54,216 bases of DNA from a virus. Positions 43,014 through 52,058 of this stretch are shown here, in pieces. The position numbers were made by a program, and so were the translations under genes. Location: positions 1-54,216 of the IMG/VR virus record IMGVR_UViG_3300019458_000010. One strand, 5' to 3'. A model generated the notes under the pieces. That model made no database searches. It worked only from the letters and a program-made list of their open reading frames with translations, and was not told the origin of the DNA. The first letter of the stretch is position 1. Every line of letters starts with the position of its first letter.

Positions 43014-43162
43014 ACGAAGTTTTCGACCAACCCAAGGCCGAATGCCCCTGTTGCGGGTTAACGTATGACCCCACAACTACCCTCGCGAAGAAATGGAAGC
43101 TGGCAATGTACGAGGCCCTCGGGCTCGCACAGAACGAGACAATACCCCAGAAGGAAGGCTAA
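42986..43162 (+). CDS. Early hypothetical protein
   Basis: Track ORF 42962.. trimmed to ATG 42986, which follows a G-rich RBS; contains CPCC. Confidence 0.45.
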   Translation: MDEQTRHLLNEVFDQPKAECPCCGLTYDPTTTLAKKWKLAMYEALGLAQNETIPQKEG

Positions 43163-43166
43163 GCCT

Positions 43167-43352
43167 ATGGGTACTTGCTTCATTTGCACGAAACCTGTCC
43201 CGGTAAACCATGGGGTCTGTTCCAAGGAATGCTCTCAGAAACTAACCCTGAGAGCGAAACGCGCGCTAAGGAATGCTCGCGATGGCGGCTTGATTGATGC
43301 TGACGAATATTACAACAGCATGCTCAAGCTGAACCTGGCAACAACGGAGTAA
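43167..43352 (+). CDS. Early Cys-containing mini-protein
   Basis: GAAGGAAGG RBS before ATG 43167; CFIC...C..EC. Confidence 0.5.
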   Translation: MGTCFICTKPVPVNHGVCSKECSQKLTLRAKRALRNARDGGLIDADEYYNSMLKLNLATTE

Positions 43353-43357
43353 AAACC

Positions 43358-43603
43358 GTGGACGAAAAGCTACTCCGGCAGCTTTTGGTAGACAAGCTAC
43401 TAAGCGCCGCAAGGACCATGGAAAATGCCACGCAAGACGCGCGTGATACGTTCGTCGAACACTTCGCCACGCTACGCGATAAATGCTCTAGGCAAGACCA
43501 CCAATATGTGCTGGACCACCTAGGCGAAACACTTGACACGGTAGCAAAAGACATAAACCATATCGAGAACATCACCGAGTTATGGCTCTACGTGGGCAGA
43601 TGA
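43358..43603 (+). CDS. Early hypothetical helical protein
   Basis: GTG-start track ORF. Confidence 0.5.
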   Translation: MDEKLLRQLLVDKLLSAARTMENATQDARDTFVEHFATLRDKCSRQDHQYVLDHLGETLDTVAKDINHIENITELWLYVGR

Positions 43604-43724
43604 TGTAACCGTTGCCTTGGTGGCGATTTCCTCAAAACCAAGGCGCCATAATCCCCCTGTTTGCTATAGGTGGGGCACCTGTGCCATTTCAATCTAACCT
43701 ATACCAGCAGGGGTAAGTATCAAA

Positions 43725-43798
43725 TGTTGTAGGTCTGATAAGAGGGCCCGGAGCCCGGCTTGCTCTAAGAGCAAGTAGAGACAATCAGACCTACAACA
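43725..43798. repeat. Nested inverted repeat (15-bp perfect arms enclosing a 7-bp hairpin)
   Basis: tgttgtaggtctgat (43725-43739) / atcagacctacaaca (43784-43798); inner cttgctc-taa-gagcaag (43759-43775). Confidence 0.85.
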
Positions 43799-43835
43799 AA
43801 TCTTCTCACCCGTTCCTCAACAAAGGGGAACAAAA

Positions 43836-44705
43836 ATGCCACAAACCAAGACTGACCTGAAGAAACAAGCGCAGGAAAGAAAGGAAAGGGATTCACTGCG
43901 GGAGTATGCGGAGACTTTCTTCGCACGGCATGGGCAAGACGTGTTCGATGGTCTCGGGGTAGCGGTAGGGCTGAAGCATTGGCTTGGCCTTACCACAATC
44001 TATCTAGACCTTGCCAGGCCGTGGGGCAAGAAAGGGCGTGAACGTCTAGGCTCCCCCGACGGTGACGGTTGGGTTAGTGTGGACGAGCTAACTAACCTTC
44101 TACATATTCAAAGGGCAAGGGTCACACTTCAAACCGCTCTGAGGATATGCAAAGCCATAAGGGGATACCTGACCAAAGAGGTTGGTGACTACAAAGGGGC
44201 GTTTCCGAAGGTTGCGGAAGAGTTATACGAAATAGCACAAGTCAATTTCGCCAACTCGACTGTGACCATCAACGCCCTGTACAAAGCTGCCAAGTCTGAC
44301 TCACGCTTTCGCGATGACCTTGCCGTGAAAGCCCCCGACTGGCAGTCGCGTGCCGCGGGAACGTACAACACCCTGCTTAGGCGCTTGGCGTGCGTTGGGT
44401 TGGATTCAGACACGCTATCCAAGCGCCATAGCAAGGACGAACTAACAATCGCCGATGCACCGTTTCTGTTTCTGACCGTTCCTCAACTTGAGGGATTAAT
44501 TACGGCGGTTGATGAGGCGGTGGTACGCCACAAGCGGTCAGCCCCTCTTGAGGCGCGGATTGCAGTAGCCAACGACTTACTGGATATCGCAATCGCGCAG
44601 GCCGACAACGAAAGCATAGCAGCCCAGATGGAAGAGGCCATAGCGGCTGACGAAGGGGCTAGAGCAGAGATGAAGCCCGCCATGCAGGGCGCAGAGGCAA
44701 CGTAA
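43836..44705 (+). CDS. Hypothetical 289-aa early/middle protein
   Basis: Track ORF with GGGGAA RBS; no motif recognised. Confidence 0.6.
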   Translation: MPQTKTDLKKQAQERKERDSLREYAETFFARHGQDVFDGLGVAVGLKHWLGLTTIYLDLARPWGKKGRERLGSPDGDGWVSVDELTNLLHIQRARVTLQTALRICKAIRGYLTKEVGDYKGAFPKVAEELYEIAQVNFANSTVTINALYKAAKSDSRFRDDLAVKAPDWQSRAAGTYNTLLRRLACVGLDSDTLSKRHSKDELTIADAPFLFLTVPQLEGLITAVDEAVVRHKRSAPLEARIAVANDLLDIAIAQADNESIAAQMEEAIAADEGARAEMKPAMQGAEAT

Positions 44706-44734
44706 GACAGGCGAGGCGCGGGTGAGAGAAATGA

Positions 44735-44782
44735 GGGCTAGTTAGGTGTCCGAAAATCGGGCATCTAGCTGGCCCTTTTTGT
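44735..44782 (+). terminator. Strong intrinsic terminator
   Basis: 19-bp RNA hairpin 44735-44775 (4 G-U pairs, loop aaa) followed by ttttt. Confidence 0.75.
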
Positions 44783-44840
44783 GTTCATAGGTGCCTCAAT
44801 TTCGGGCAGTTAACTAAAGGCGAAATGGGGGAAATCAAAA

Positions 44841-45104
44841 ATGAGCGGTGATGAAAGACACCCGCACCAGGAAACACCATACGAAACCTGTCTTCAATGG
44901 CAACCAGGGGCGGTCCCGACAGTATTAAGCTTTTTTGTCTGGATCAAGGATAAAACAGGGAAATGGCAACGATGTGGCGAGCAACGAGTTTACTTGGACA
45001 TATGGGATAGCCAAGTAAACAAAGGCGACGGTGGACATATCCGAAACCCTCTGCTCAAGACCTTGCAATGGCGCTGGGATGAGCCAGAACCCCGATACAA
45101 CTGA
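44841..45104 (+). CDS. Hypothetical protein, paralogue A
   Basis: Shares VW(I/V)K..G.W...GE.RV.LD.WD...N.G.GG.IRNPLL..L.W.W with 45117..45473. Confidence 0.6.
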   Translation: MSGDERHPHQETPYETCLQWQPGAVPTVLSFFVWIKDKTGKWQRCGEQRVYLDIWDSQVNKGDGGHIRNPLLKTLQWRWDEPEPRYN

Positions 45105-45116
45105 AAGGGGCAAACA

Positions 45117-45473
45117 ATGAGCCACCAGCGACGTGAAGGCGAACCAAATGCTAACACGTTCCTGCAAAAATGTCCTACCTGCGATAAAGTGCACAGAAGG
45201 CGAAAAACCAAGCAGGTTCCTACCATTGAAACCTACCTTGAAATAAAATCAATCGATCCAAATACTAGAAAATCTTATAGTGATGCGGAACATACAATAC
45301 ATTTCACCCTATGGGTGAAACAAGGTGGGTTGTGGAATGAAGGCGGAGAGTATCGGGTGAGGCTTGACGGATGGGACGATACCATTAATGAGGGCGAGGG
45401 AGGGTACATCAGGAATCCTTTGCTAGAACAACTGCATTGGCATTGGTGCCCACCAATCTGTCGCGGTTCTTAG
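45117..45473 (+). CDS. Hypothetical protein, paralogue B (with an extra N-terminal CPTC segment)
   Basis: See paralogue A; GGYIRNPLLEQLHWHW versus GGHIRNPLLKTLQWRW. Confidence 0.6.
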   Translation: MSHQRREGEPNANTFLQKCPTCDKVHRRRKTKQVPTIETYLEIKSIDPNTRKSYSDAEHTIHFTLWVKQGGLWNEGGEYRVRLDGWDDTINEGEGGYIRNPLLEQLHWHWCPPICRGS

Positions 45474-45486
45474 GGAGGACTTCTAA

Positions 45487-45747
45487 ATGAAAATCTTTGT
45501 CGAGTACGAAGATCGATACTCCCACTACGGCATCCCTGGCGCACAAACAGCACGGAAAGAGTGGATTTTCACAGATGAAGACTCTGGTCAGTGTCCGCAT
45601 CCTGATGCTATTCGGGCCGAACTGCCAGACGATGTTTTTCACGAACTTCGTGCGGCACAACATCGTTTGTACATCGCTGAGTGGAATTTTACACAGGCGG
45701 CGAAAAAAGCGGGCTACACGTGGGAGTGGCTAAAACTGTACAACTAA
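45487..45747 (+). CDS. Hypothetical protein
   Basis: Track ORF with GGGAGGA RBS. Confidence 0.55.
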   Translation: MKIFVEYEDRYSHYGIPGAQTARKEWIFTDEDSGQCPHPDAIRAELPDDVFHELRAAQHRLYIAEWNFTQAAKKAGYTWEWLKLYN

Positions 45748-45759
45748 TAGGGAGGACAA

Positions 45760-45957
45760 GTGGGAAACCAAGGTAGGACATTCTTTGCAGGTTTTCCCAA
45801 GTATGATATGACACGCTCTCCATACGTGCCGCTAGTAACAAGCTGTTGTAACTGGAAAGTAGTAGTGAAGGCGCAAGGCGAGAAAGGGAAATGTGGTAAG
45901 TGTGGCGCTGAGGCACCAGCCTACTTAACCCCATCAGGGGTGAAAGTGAGAATGTAA
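45760..45957 (+). CDS. Hypothetical small protein
   Basis: GTG-start track ORF after GGGAGGA; CGKCG motif. Confidence 0.45.
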   Translation: MGNQGRTFFAGFPKYDMTRSPYVPLVTSCCNWKVVVKAQGEKGKCGKCGAEAPAYLTPSGVKVRM

Positions 45958-46044
45958 ATGGAGACAAAAGTACTCGTCGCTATAGTGGTTTTACTCTACC
46001 TAGTCTCAGTCTTTGGCATTATTATTCTCGGGCGCAAAAAGTGA
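45958..46044 (+). CDS. 28-aa single-TM peptide (below the ORF-track cutoff)
   Basis: METKVLVAIVVLLYLVSVFGIIILGRKK; ATG abuts the upstream stop. Confidence 0.35.
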   Translation: METKVLVAIVVLLYLVSVFGIIILGRKK

Positions 46045-46059
46045 ACTAGGGAGGCAAAA

Positions 46060-46218
46060 ATGTGGTGGCTAGTGATAGCAATTATGATAGGGCCGGGACA
46101 AGTTATGCGGGCTGAGATAGGGCCATTGAACACGCAAGCACAGTGTGAAAAGTTTGCCGCACAATGGTTAGAAACGATAGAAAACCCCATTGTGGCAAGG
46201 TGTGAACAACGTGGCTAG
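46060..46218 (+). CDS. 52-aa protein with a signal-like N-terminus (below the ORF-track cutoff)
   Basis: GGGAGG RBS; MWWLVIAIMIGPGQVMRAEIGPLNTQAQCEKFAAQWLETIENPIVARCEQRG. Confidence 0.45.
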   Translation: MWWLVIAIMIGPGQVMRAEIGPLNTQAQCEKFAAQWLETIENPIVARCEQRG

Positions 46219-46245
46219 TAAGAACTGGAGAAAGGAGACTACAAG

Positions 46246-46689
46246 TTGCTAATCGTCGCGGACGGCAAGTTGGCACCTGAGAGAATCAGTAAGAAGAGGA
46301 AATCAACACGTTGGCGAAAGCACCTTGTCGTGAAAAAGCCGAAAAAGCAGCTAGTCAGCAAAGGCATTTTGTTCGTGGATGGTGAGAAACACTATTTTCA
46401 GTATCCACAAAAGGGGAGCAAGATGGGCAATAAAAAGCGCAAAACAATAAGGACGAATTACAACTTCGCATATTCGCAAGGCCGCTACAAGCATAAGGAA
46501 ACGCCGCGATTCCAGGATGAGCTGCGGTATCACCCCCGTGCCGTTGACGAGGGTTATCGACAATCCTTGGAAGGCGCGGCTGACGCCATATGGGAAGCTT
46601 TCAACTGGGAAGATGCGAAGGAAGGCGGATACTATTGGAGCAGTCTGTACAAGCGACTGATTGAACTTTCCGAAGGGGAAGCACTATAA
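46246..46689 (+). CDS. Hypothetical basic protein; its C-terminal module is shared with 53663..53899
   Basis: AAGGAG before TTG 46246 (alternative ATG 46423). C-terminus AIWEAFNWEDAKEGGYYWSSLYKRLIELSEGE. Confidence 0.5.
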   Translation: MLIVADGKLAPERISKKRKSTRWRKHLVVKKPKKQLVSKGILFVDGEKHYFQYPQKGSKMGNKKRKTIRTNYNFAYSQGRYKHKETPRFQDELRYHPRAVDEGYRQSLEGAADAIWEAFNWEDAKEGGYYWSSLYKRLIELSEGEAL

Positions 46690-46941
46690 ATGTCCAAGCT
46701 GCTAAAGCCTATCCTTGTGGAATACGCGCCAAATACCTTCCGAACGATAGAAGGCGTTTTCGGACTAGTAAAGACAACTGACAGCGCGCCTATTGAGATT
46801 CCCTACCATTGCTTGTGTACGTTGCAAAAAACGCTCGATAAGATTTTAGTATCAGGTCTTACTTCTAGTGGAACAGCGTCCATTGTGGTAGATAAGGGGG
46901 TCGAAAGCACACCACATGAGGCAAAGGAAGCGGAAGTCTAG
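46690..46941 (+). CDS. Hypothetical protein
   Basis: Track ORF, TAAATG junction. Confidence 0.5.
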   Translation: MSKLLKPILVEYAPNTFRTIEGVFGLVKTTDSAPIEIPYHCLCTLQKTLDKILVSGLTSSGTASIVVDKGVESTPHEAKEAEV

Positions 46942-46949
46942 GAAAAAAC

Positions 46950-47180
46950 ATGACGCTAGACGACAAGATTTGTAAGATAATCACATTGGACGAACAAGAA
47001 CTAAACGACTTACACTTTGACCTAATGGGACTTTTCAATGAGACGGTTGACCTTTCAGAAGATGAAGCAGAGGATGATGCAGCCATATTTCCGACGTTAA
47101 GGGCCTTGTTAGAACTTATAAGTCCCGAGGTTTCCGGTGAAGAAGATAAAGAATACGAAGGTATGGAGGCCACCACATAA
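46950..47180 (+). CDS. Small acidic protein coupled to the first amidoligase
   Basis: 76 aa, D/E-rich; its stop overlaps the ATG of 47180 (TAATG). Confidence 0.55.
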   Translation: MTLDDKICKIITLDEQELNDLHFDLMGLFNETVDLSEDEAEDDAAIFPTLRALLELISPEVSGEEDKEYEGMEATT

Positions 47181-48232
47181 TGGTGTGGCAGTTCAAGCTT
47201 GACAAGACACCTGATAAATATAAGGGCCGACAAACACTTTACAGTGAATTGAAGCTTGGGGGAGACCCGGAGCTTTTTCTCACGAATCCGGATGGGCTAA
47301 TTGTAGCTCCCGAGAGTATAGGGGTGAAGCCGACAGGCCCTTACCTATACCCGGACGGGGCACAACTTGAACTACACCCTGAACCATCACATTGTCGCGG
47401 GTACATGCTAGATAACCTGCGAACCTGCCTTAGACAGGCAAAGTTAGCGGCTGACAAGCGCGAATTGCACCTGAACATTTCCCCAGCAGTCCCAGTTACA
47501 ACCCGCAACCTGCAAGAATTCCCAAAGTCTGCACTTATTGCAGGATGCGAACCAGATTTTGATGCATACACGGGAGAAACAAATCTGCGTTGGTGTGACT
47601 TTCGCAAGCATCGCACAAGGTATGGAGGGGGCCATTTACACGCAGGGCACCCCGTCCTACAAAACAATCCTAATCTCCCTTCAATTGTAGCAATGTGTGA
47701 CCTTGTCGTGGGGATATTTGACACGGCCTTAACACCAGTTCCTAAACTCGAACGGGTTAGACGACGTTTCTACGGCCGCGCAGGATGCTTCCGTCCACAA
47801 CCACATGGCTTCGAGTACCGCACATTATCAAACTCTTGGCTTCGACATCCCAGAATGGCTTTTACAATCTACGGCCTATTTCGTGATGCAATTGATTTGT
47901 GTGTTCTCCGCCCTAACAGCGCTCGTGAACTTTGGGGGAGAACCAGTCAAGATGTTGCACACATCATAAATGAAGGCGACAAGGAGGCCGCACGTCGACT
48001 GTGGGTGAAAGTTGTAGAGCCGTTCATGGTAGAACAAAATGTAAGGTTGTCTGGTTGCGTAAGTGAAGTTTTTCGCGGTTACTTAGATCTCGCCACAGAA
48101 CACGCAGTGGACTTTCCAAGTCCACCAGAACCTTCGCCAGACTGGAAAATTGAGAAAAACGAAGACTCTTTCGAAACCCACGGCAACTTTGTCGGTTCGC
48201 TAAGGGAAGTAAAGTATGAAACTGGGCGCTGA
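47180..48232 (+). CDS. COOH-NH2 ligase (glutamine synthetase/GCS2-fold amidoligase, phage phiEco32-like type), paralogue 1
   Basis: GGDPELFL, DGAQLELHPEP, RYGGGHLHAG, GFEYRTLSNSWL in the motif order recalled for phage amidoligases. Confidence 0.65.
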   Translation: MVWQFKLDKTPDKYKGRQTLYSELKLGGDPELFLTNPDGLIVAPESIGVKPTGPYLYPDGAQLELHPEPSHCRGYMLDNLRTCLRQAKLAADKRELHLNISPAVPVTTRNLQEFPKSALIAGCEPDFDAYTGETNLRWCDFRKHRTRYGGGHLHAGHPVLQNNPNLPSIVAMCDLVVGIFDTALTPVPKLERVRRRFYGRAGCFRPQPHGFEYRTLSNSWLRHPRMAFTIYGLFRDAIDLCVLRPNSARELWGRTSQDVAHIINEGDKEAARRLWVKVVEPFMVEQNVRLSGCVSEVFRGYLDLATEHAVDFPSPPEPSPDWKIEKNEDSFETHGNFVGSLREVKYETGR

Positions 48233-48977
48233 AGCAGAATTTCTGGCGCTTGACCATAGAGGCAACCCATTCACCTTAGTTGGCTTCATCCTTTCAGCCC
48301 CTGATATTATCGGGGTTGATGGGCACGAAGAGACCGTCGAAATCCGTAGTGAACCTGGAGGTTCCGCTAAGGAAGTTTTTGAGTCTGTCTCAAAGCGCGT
48401 TGCATTGTACGAAAGTGTTATTACGACAGCGCAGCTTAACAGGAAACTACCAAACAACCTTACGCGAATGCGTGCAGGGGCTTACTATGTAACTAACTTA
48501 GGTATCCACATAAACTTTTCTGGCTTGTCACCAAATGCCATTGAACCACTAGTCGTGACAATGGGCGAAGTACTGTTAAACAAGTTACTCCATCGCTGCG
48601 TTAGTGCTACCGAGCTAGTATCACGTAATAACGCTATGTCGCAGGCAATACCACACGGTGTCATACGGGTTAAAGGCGAGGGAAGTTGGTTCGAATGGAG
48701 ACAACCCTACTCTTGCCTTACGCCGATACATTTCGCTGGACTCTTACTAGGGGCTGAAATTTTCGCTCGACTAGCCGAAGTAAATCTACCAGCCTTGAAA
48801 AGACTAGCAAAAAGAGAGGACAATGAAGAACATCACATAAAAGCACTGCAGAGACTCGCTATTGACGAACCCTATCTTAAGAAGGAATGCGTAACATTCT
48901 TGAAAATGCGTGAGAAAATTCTCGCTCTAGGAAAGTTCGACTGGTCCAAGGATGTTCTTCCCGAGTGGTGCCATTAG
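48216..48977 (+). CDS. Amidoligase-fold protein, paralogue 2
   Basis: GAEAEFLAL, DGHEETVEIRSEP, LGIHINFSG, WFEWRQP parallel the motifs of 47180..48232. Confidence 0.55.
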   Translation: MKLGAEAEFLALDHRGNPFTLVGFILSAPDIIGVDGHEETVEIRSEPGGSAKEVFESVSKRVALYESVITTAQLNRKLPNNLTRMRAGAYYVTNLGIHINFSGLSPNAIEPLVVTMGEVLLNKLLHRCVSATELVSRNNAMSQAIPHGVIRVKGEGSWFEWRQPYSCLTPIHFAGLLLGAEIFARLAEVNLPALKRLAKREDNEEHHIKALQRLAIDEPYLKKECVTFLKMREKILALGKFDWSKDVLPEWCH

Positions 48978-48994
48978 TTGAAAGGAGAAAAATC

Positions 48995-49387
48995 TTGCGT
49001 GCAGAAGAGCAAAAAGACCGCCTCAAACTGCTCGAATCAATTGACCAGCATTTGGGTCGTGCAGTGAATTTGATGCATGACTACACAGCACGGTATACCC
49101 TTGACGGACTGGTACATTCAGCACACCACATGTTGAACACAGCTAAAGGCGCAATAAGCACTAGTGTTGTTCTGCTTAAAGAAATCACACTGGATCAACC
49201 TGGCCCGGCAGAAAGGACTAGGCGGGAACGGAACATAACAACTGCACGCGTACGAGGCGAACGTCTTGCCTTCAACGCCCTTGATGAGCCAGATGAGCCA
49301 CCAGATGAGCCAAACATTCCGCGGGAAGTGGCGGAGGCTATCTTCCCTGCCCTTAACCAGGATGAAGGCAACCGCGAGGAAGACTAG
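48995..49387 (+). CDS. Hypothetical protein
   Basis: AAGGAG 7 nt before TTG 48995 (track ORF 48965.. trimmed). Confidence 0.5.
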   Translation: MRAEEQKDRLKLLESIDQHLGRAVNLMHDYTARYTLDGLVHSAHHMLNTAKGAISTSVVLLKEITLDQPGPAERTRRERNITTARVRGERLAFNALDEPDEPPDEPNIPREVAEAIFPALNQDEGNREED

Positions 49388-49390
49388 CTT

Positions 49391-49753
49391 ATGGAGGCGT
49401 TTTGTTTACTTTGTTCTACTAAAACACCGGTCCCCGAGAACAATAAACTGTGTACATACCATAAGCGTTTCTATAGGCTGTGCAAAAGATGCGGACAGGT
49501 AATGTGCCGAGTAGCAACCGCGAGGGCGGCGGCAAGCCCAATGTTCTGTAGTTCCTGCATTGTAGAACACGCCGGATTCTGTGACGATTGCGGAGAACTA
49601 ATAGCAAAAGGGGAGGGGAAAATAATTTCGATGCCAAGGCATACGGTTGGCCCAAAACACCTCTGTCTGAAATGCCAGAAAGAAAGGCTACCCTTGAAGT
49701 TTACAGAGCTTGAGATAAGACCCACCGTGATGTGGGACGAGGCAACAACCTAA
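49391..49753 (+). CDS. Cys-rich (multi zinc-ribbon) protein
   Basis: CLLC, CKRCG, CSSC, CDDCG, CLKC pairs. Confidence 0.55.
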   Translation: MEAFCLLCSTKTPVPENNKLCTYHKRFYRLCKRCGQVMCRVATARAAASPMFCSSCIVEHAGFCDDCGELIAKGEGKIISMPRHTVGPKHLCLKCQKERLPLKFTELEIRPTVMWDEATT

Positions 49754-50874
49754 TGTGTGGAATTGGCGGATGGGTTGCTTTTGGTAAGGAAAGACCAGGA
49801 GCCGAAGCCATACACACTATGCTATCCTCCCTCGAAACCAGAGGGGGGGACGCAACCGGCATCGCATATGCCCCAGATTGGGGGTGTCGTAGCACAGGCT
49901 ACTGCAAGCACCATTTACCCGCAACTCAGTTTGTCAAAAACCCTGACGTAAAAAGGTACCTTGAACATGCAGGTGAGTCTCGTCTCGTTATTATGCACAC
50001 AAGAGCCGAGACGAAAGGAACGCACAAGGACAATAAAAACAATCACCCTGTTATGCGTAAGGAGGGTAAATATCTCGTTGTCCATAACGGAACACTGGAT
50101 AACGATGACGCCATTTTTGACGAGTGGAAAATCGAAAGGCAGGCCACGGTAGATACGGAAGCTCTCGCCGCTCTCTTAGATAGAGGTGATTCACCACAGG
50201 CTTCCTTGGAACAACTGGAATTCGCACGGGGCTCCTACGCTATCGCGGCAATGTGTCAAAAGACGCCAGACCACCTAATTCTGCTCCGCAGAACTAGCCC
50301 GCTTTGCTATACGTTCGATAAAGAGCGAGACCTACTTCTGTTCGCATCAACGCCTGCCGCTCTATCAAAACTGCTACAGATAGAGGAAACAAAGGCCAGA
50401 GGATTCACAACGAAACGCGCGTTTCTCGTGCGTGACTTCCCAGACGACAGCGCAATGATTATCGACTCTAGCGGCCTATGCTTCGAACATAAGCACGCTA
50501 TCGCGCAGAACGCCCCACTTGGAGGATGGGGCAAATACCCTTTAGCACGGCGATGGGCTGGCCAAACTGGCCAGGCTGGGATTAGTAATAATAAGAAATA
50601 CTTTCCATTCATAATCAAAGGTCAGGGAGGTTTGATCACGCCCACCTTCGTTGACAAGACAGCGAAAATGAAGAGCTTCCAGGTTTTCCCAATTGACAAC
50701 GATGCTGCAAAAGAGGTGAGTGTACAATGTCCTTCCTGTTGGCAATGGGTAAAGGCGGCTGAATTTAGGGGACACTGGTCTTGTCCATTGTGCAAAGAAA
50801 AGTTAATTCCACCGACAATCTTTCGGACTGTTACGGAGGCGGAGGTACATATTGGCAAAGCTCGTTCATGTTAA
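49753..50874 (+). CDS. Class-II (Ntn) glutamine amidotransferase-like enzyme with a C-terminal zinc-ribbon extension
   Basis: ATG 49753 gives MCGIGGW (Cys2 nucleophile); RGGDATGIA, MHTRAETKG..NNHP, VHNGTLDN, VDTEA; C-terminal CPSCWQW..CPLC. Confidence 0.75.
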   Translation: MCGIGGWVAFGKERPGAEAIHTMLSSLETRGGDATGIAYAPDWGCRSTGYCKHHLPATQFVKNPDVKRYLEHAGESRLVIMHTRAETKGTHKDNKNNHPVMRKEGKYLVVHNGTLDNDDAIFDEWKIERQATVDTEALAALLDRGDSPQASLEQLEFARGSYAIAAMCQKTPDHLILLRRTSPLCYTFDKERDLLLFASTPAALSKLLQIEETKARGFTTKRAFLVRDFPDDSAMIIDSSGLCFEHKHAIAQNAPLGGWGKYPLARRWAGQTGQAGISNNKKYFPFIIKGQGGLITPTFVDKTAKMKSFQVFPIDNDAAKEVSVQCPSCWQWVKAAEFRGHWSCPLCKEKLIPPTIFRTVTEAEVHIGKARSC

Positions 50875-51211
50875 CGGGTTTTACGGAGACCACTTTATTC
50901 CCTTGAAATCGTTCGACGAAAAGGGGTGGGATGGCATGATTCATTCCATAGAAAGAGAGCGTGGGTTGACAAACCCCATACGTCACTATGCTTGGCTTAG
51001 TGTAGTTGATAACGAAACATACGAGGAATCCGATGCACCTGAAGACGTTAGGGCAGCCCTTGAAAGTGTCGGCAAACGGGTGGACAAACTACATTTGTCC
51101 GTTCTGTCGGGATGGGAAGAAGGATCATTTTTGGGTGAGCCCAGACAAGAAGATAGCTTATTGTCACAAATGCGGGAAGACAACTGGCCTCACGAAGGAC
51201 ACGGAGAGTGA
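50852..51211 (+). CDS. Hypothetical protein whose 3' ~180 nt overlap the primase gene
   Basis: GGAGGT 5 nt before TTG 50852; no in-frame stop until 51209-51211. Confidence 0.5.
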   Translation: MAKLVHVNGFYGDHFIPLKSFDEKGWDGMIHSIERERGLTNPIRHYAWLSVVDNETYEESDAPEDVRAALESVGKRVDKLHLSVLSGWEEGSFLGEPRQEDSLLSQMREDNWPHEGHGE

Positions 51212-52058
51212 ATTAGTTGCGTCGGATAGGTGGGGTGGTATGCTGGGATTGAAAAATCTACTGGCAAAAGCGATAGGACACGCTGACAAGAAGGAGGAAG
51301 ATTTATTGAACGTGGACGGGCAAATGCACTATAAACCCCTGGACCTAGAAACTGTTTACGTGGGCTACAATCCCATGGAAGTTTGGGAGCTAACAGGGAC
51401 AGCAAAGCTACTCGTGGCGGATTACTGTCACAGTCACCACATTGCGCCTGTTGACCTGGCCAGGGTCGGTGCGACAATCTTATTGGGGGATTGTCACAAC
51501 ACACAACGACTATCCAACCCGAAAATTCCCTTAGTAATTTTCCTCCCAATATTTCGGGGCGGAGCCCTTGTAGCAGGTTGGGGAAGGGTCTTTAACGAGA
51601 CGAAAACAGACGGTAAGCCCTGGAAATGGCGTGGTTACGGTTTCTCGGACGGCAACGGTGCAATATTGTACACTACAGCACTGCCGCTAGCCGCGTTTGC
51701 AATGACGGAAGAAAAAGCAGAAAAAACACCCGTGGTTCTAGTAGAATCTCCCACCGACGCAATACGACTACAACGTCTAGGATGGTGGGCAGTAGCTCTA
51801 GGTGGACATACAATCACTCAGAAAGGACGCGAGGAACTAGCAAGAATGCCGCAAAAGAGTGTTATTGTGCTGCTCGATTCAGATGCGAAAAATGCCACAC
51901 TAAGTCTCGTTGCTAAAGTTCAAGCTTTCAAAAAGAAGGTCGTACCAGTCTTCATACACAGCAAAGGAGAAAGTTATATTGTGGACCCTAGTGATTTAGA
52001 TGACCACGACTTGCGAGGGTTTCTTCTAAAACCGATCCAGGAGCTTATCAATGGCTAA
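51033..52058 (+). CDS. DNA primase (Cys4 zinc finger plus TOPRIM)
   Basis: GAGGA RBS before ATG 51033; CPFC..(17)..CHKC; VLVESPTDAIRL and VLLDSDAKN TOPRIM motifs. Confidence 0.75.
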   Translation: MHLKTLGQPLKVSANGWTNYICPFCRDGKKDHFWVSPDKKIAYCHKCGKTTGLTKDTESELVASDRWGGMLGLKNLLAKAIGHADKKEEDLLNVDGQMHYKPLDLETVYVGYNPMEVWELTGTAKLLVADYCHSHHIAPVDLARVGATILLGDCHNTQRLSNPKIPLVIFLPIFRGGALVAGWGRVFNETKTDGKPWKWRGYGFSDGNGAILYTTALPLAAFAMTEEKAEKTPVVLVESPTDAIRLQRLGWWAVALGGHTITQKGREELARMPQKSVIVLLDSDAKNATLSLVAKVQAFKKKVVPVFIHSKGESYIVDPSDLDDHDLRGFLLKPIQELING

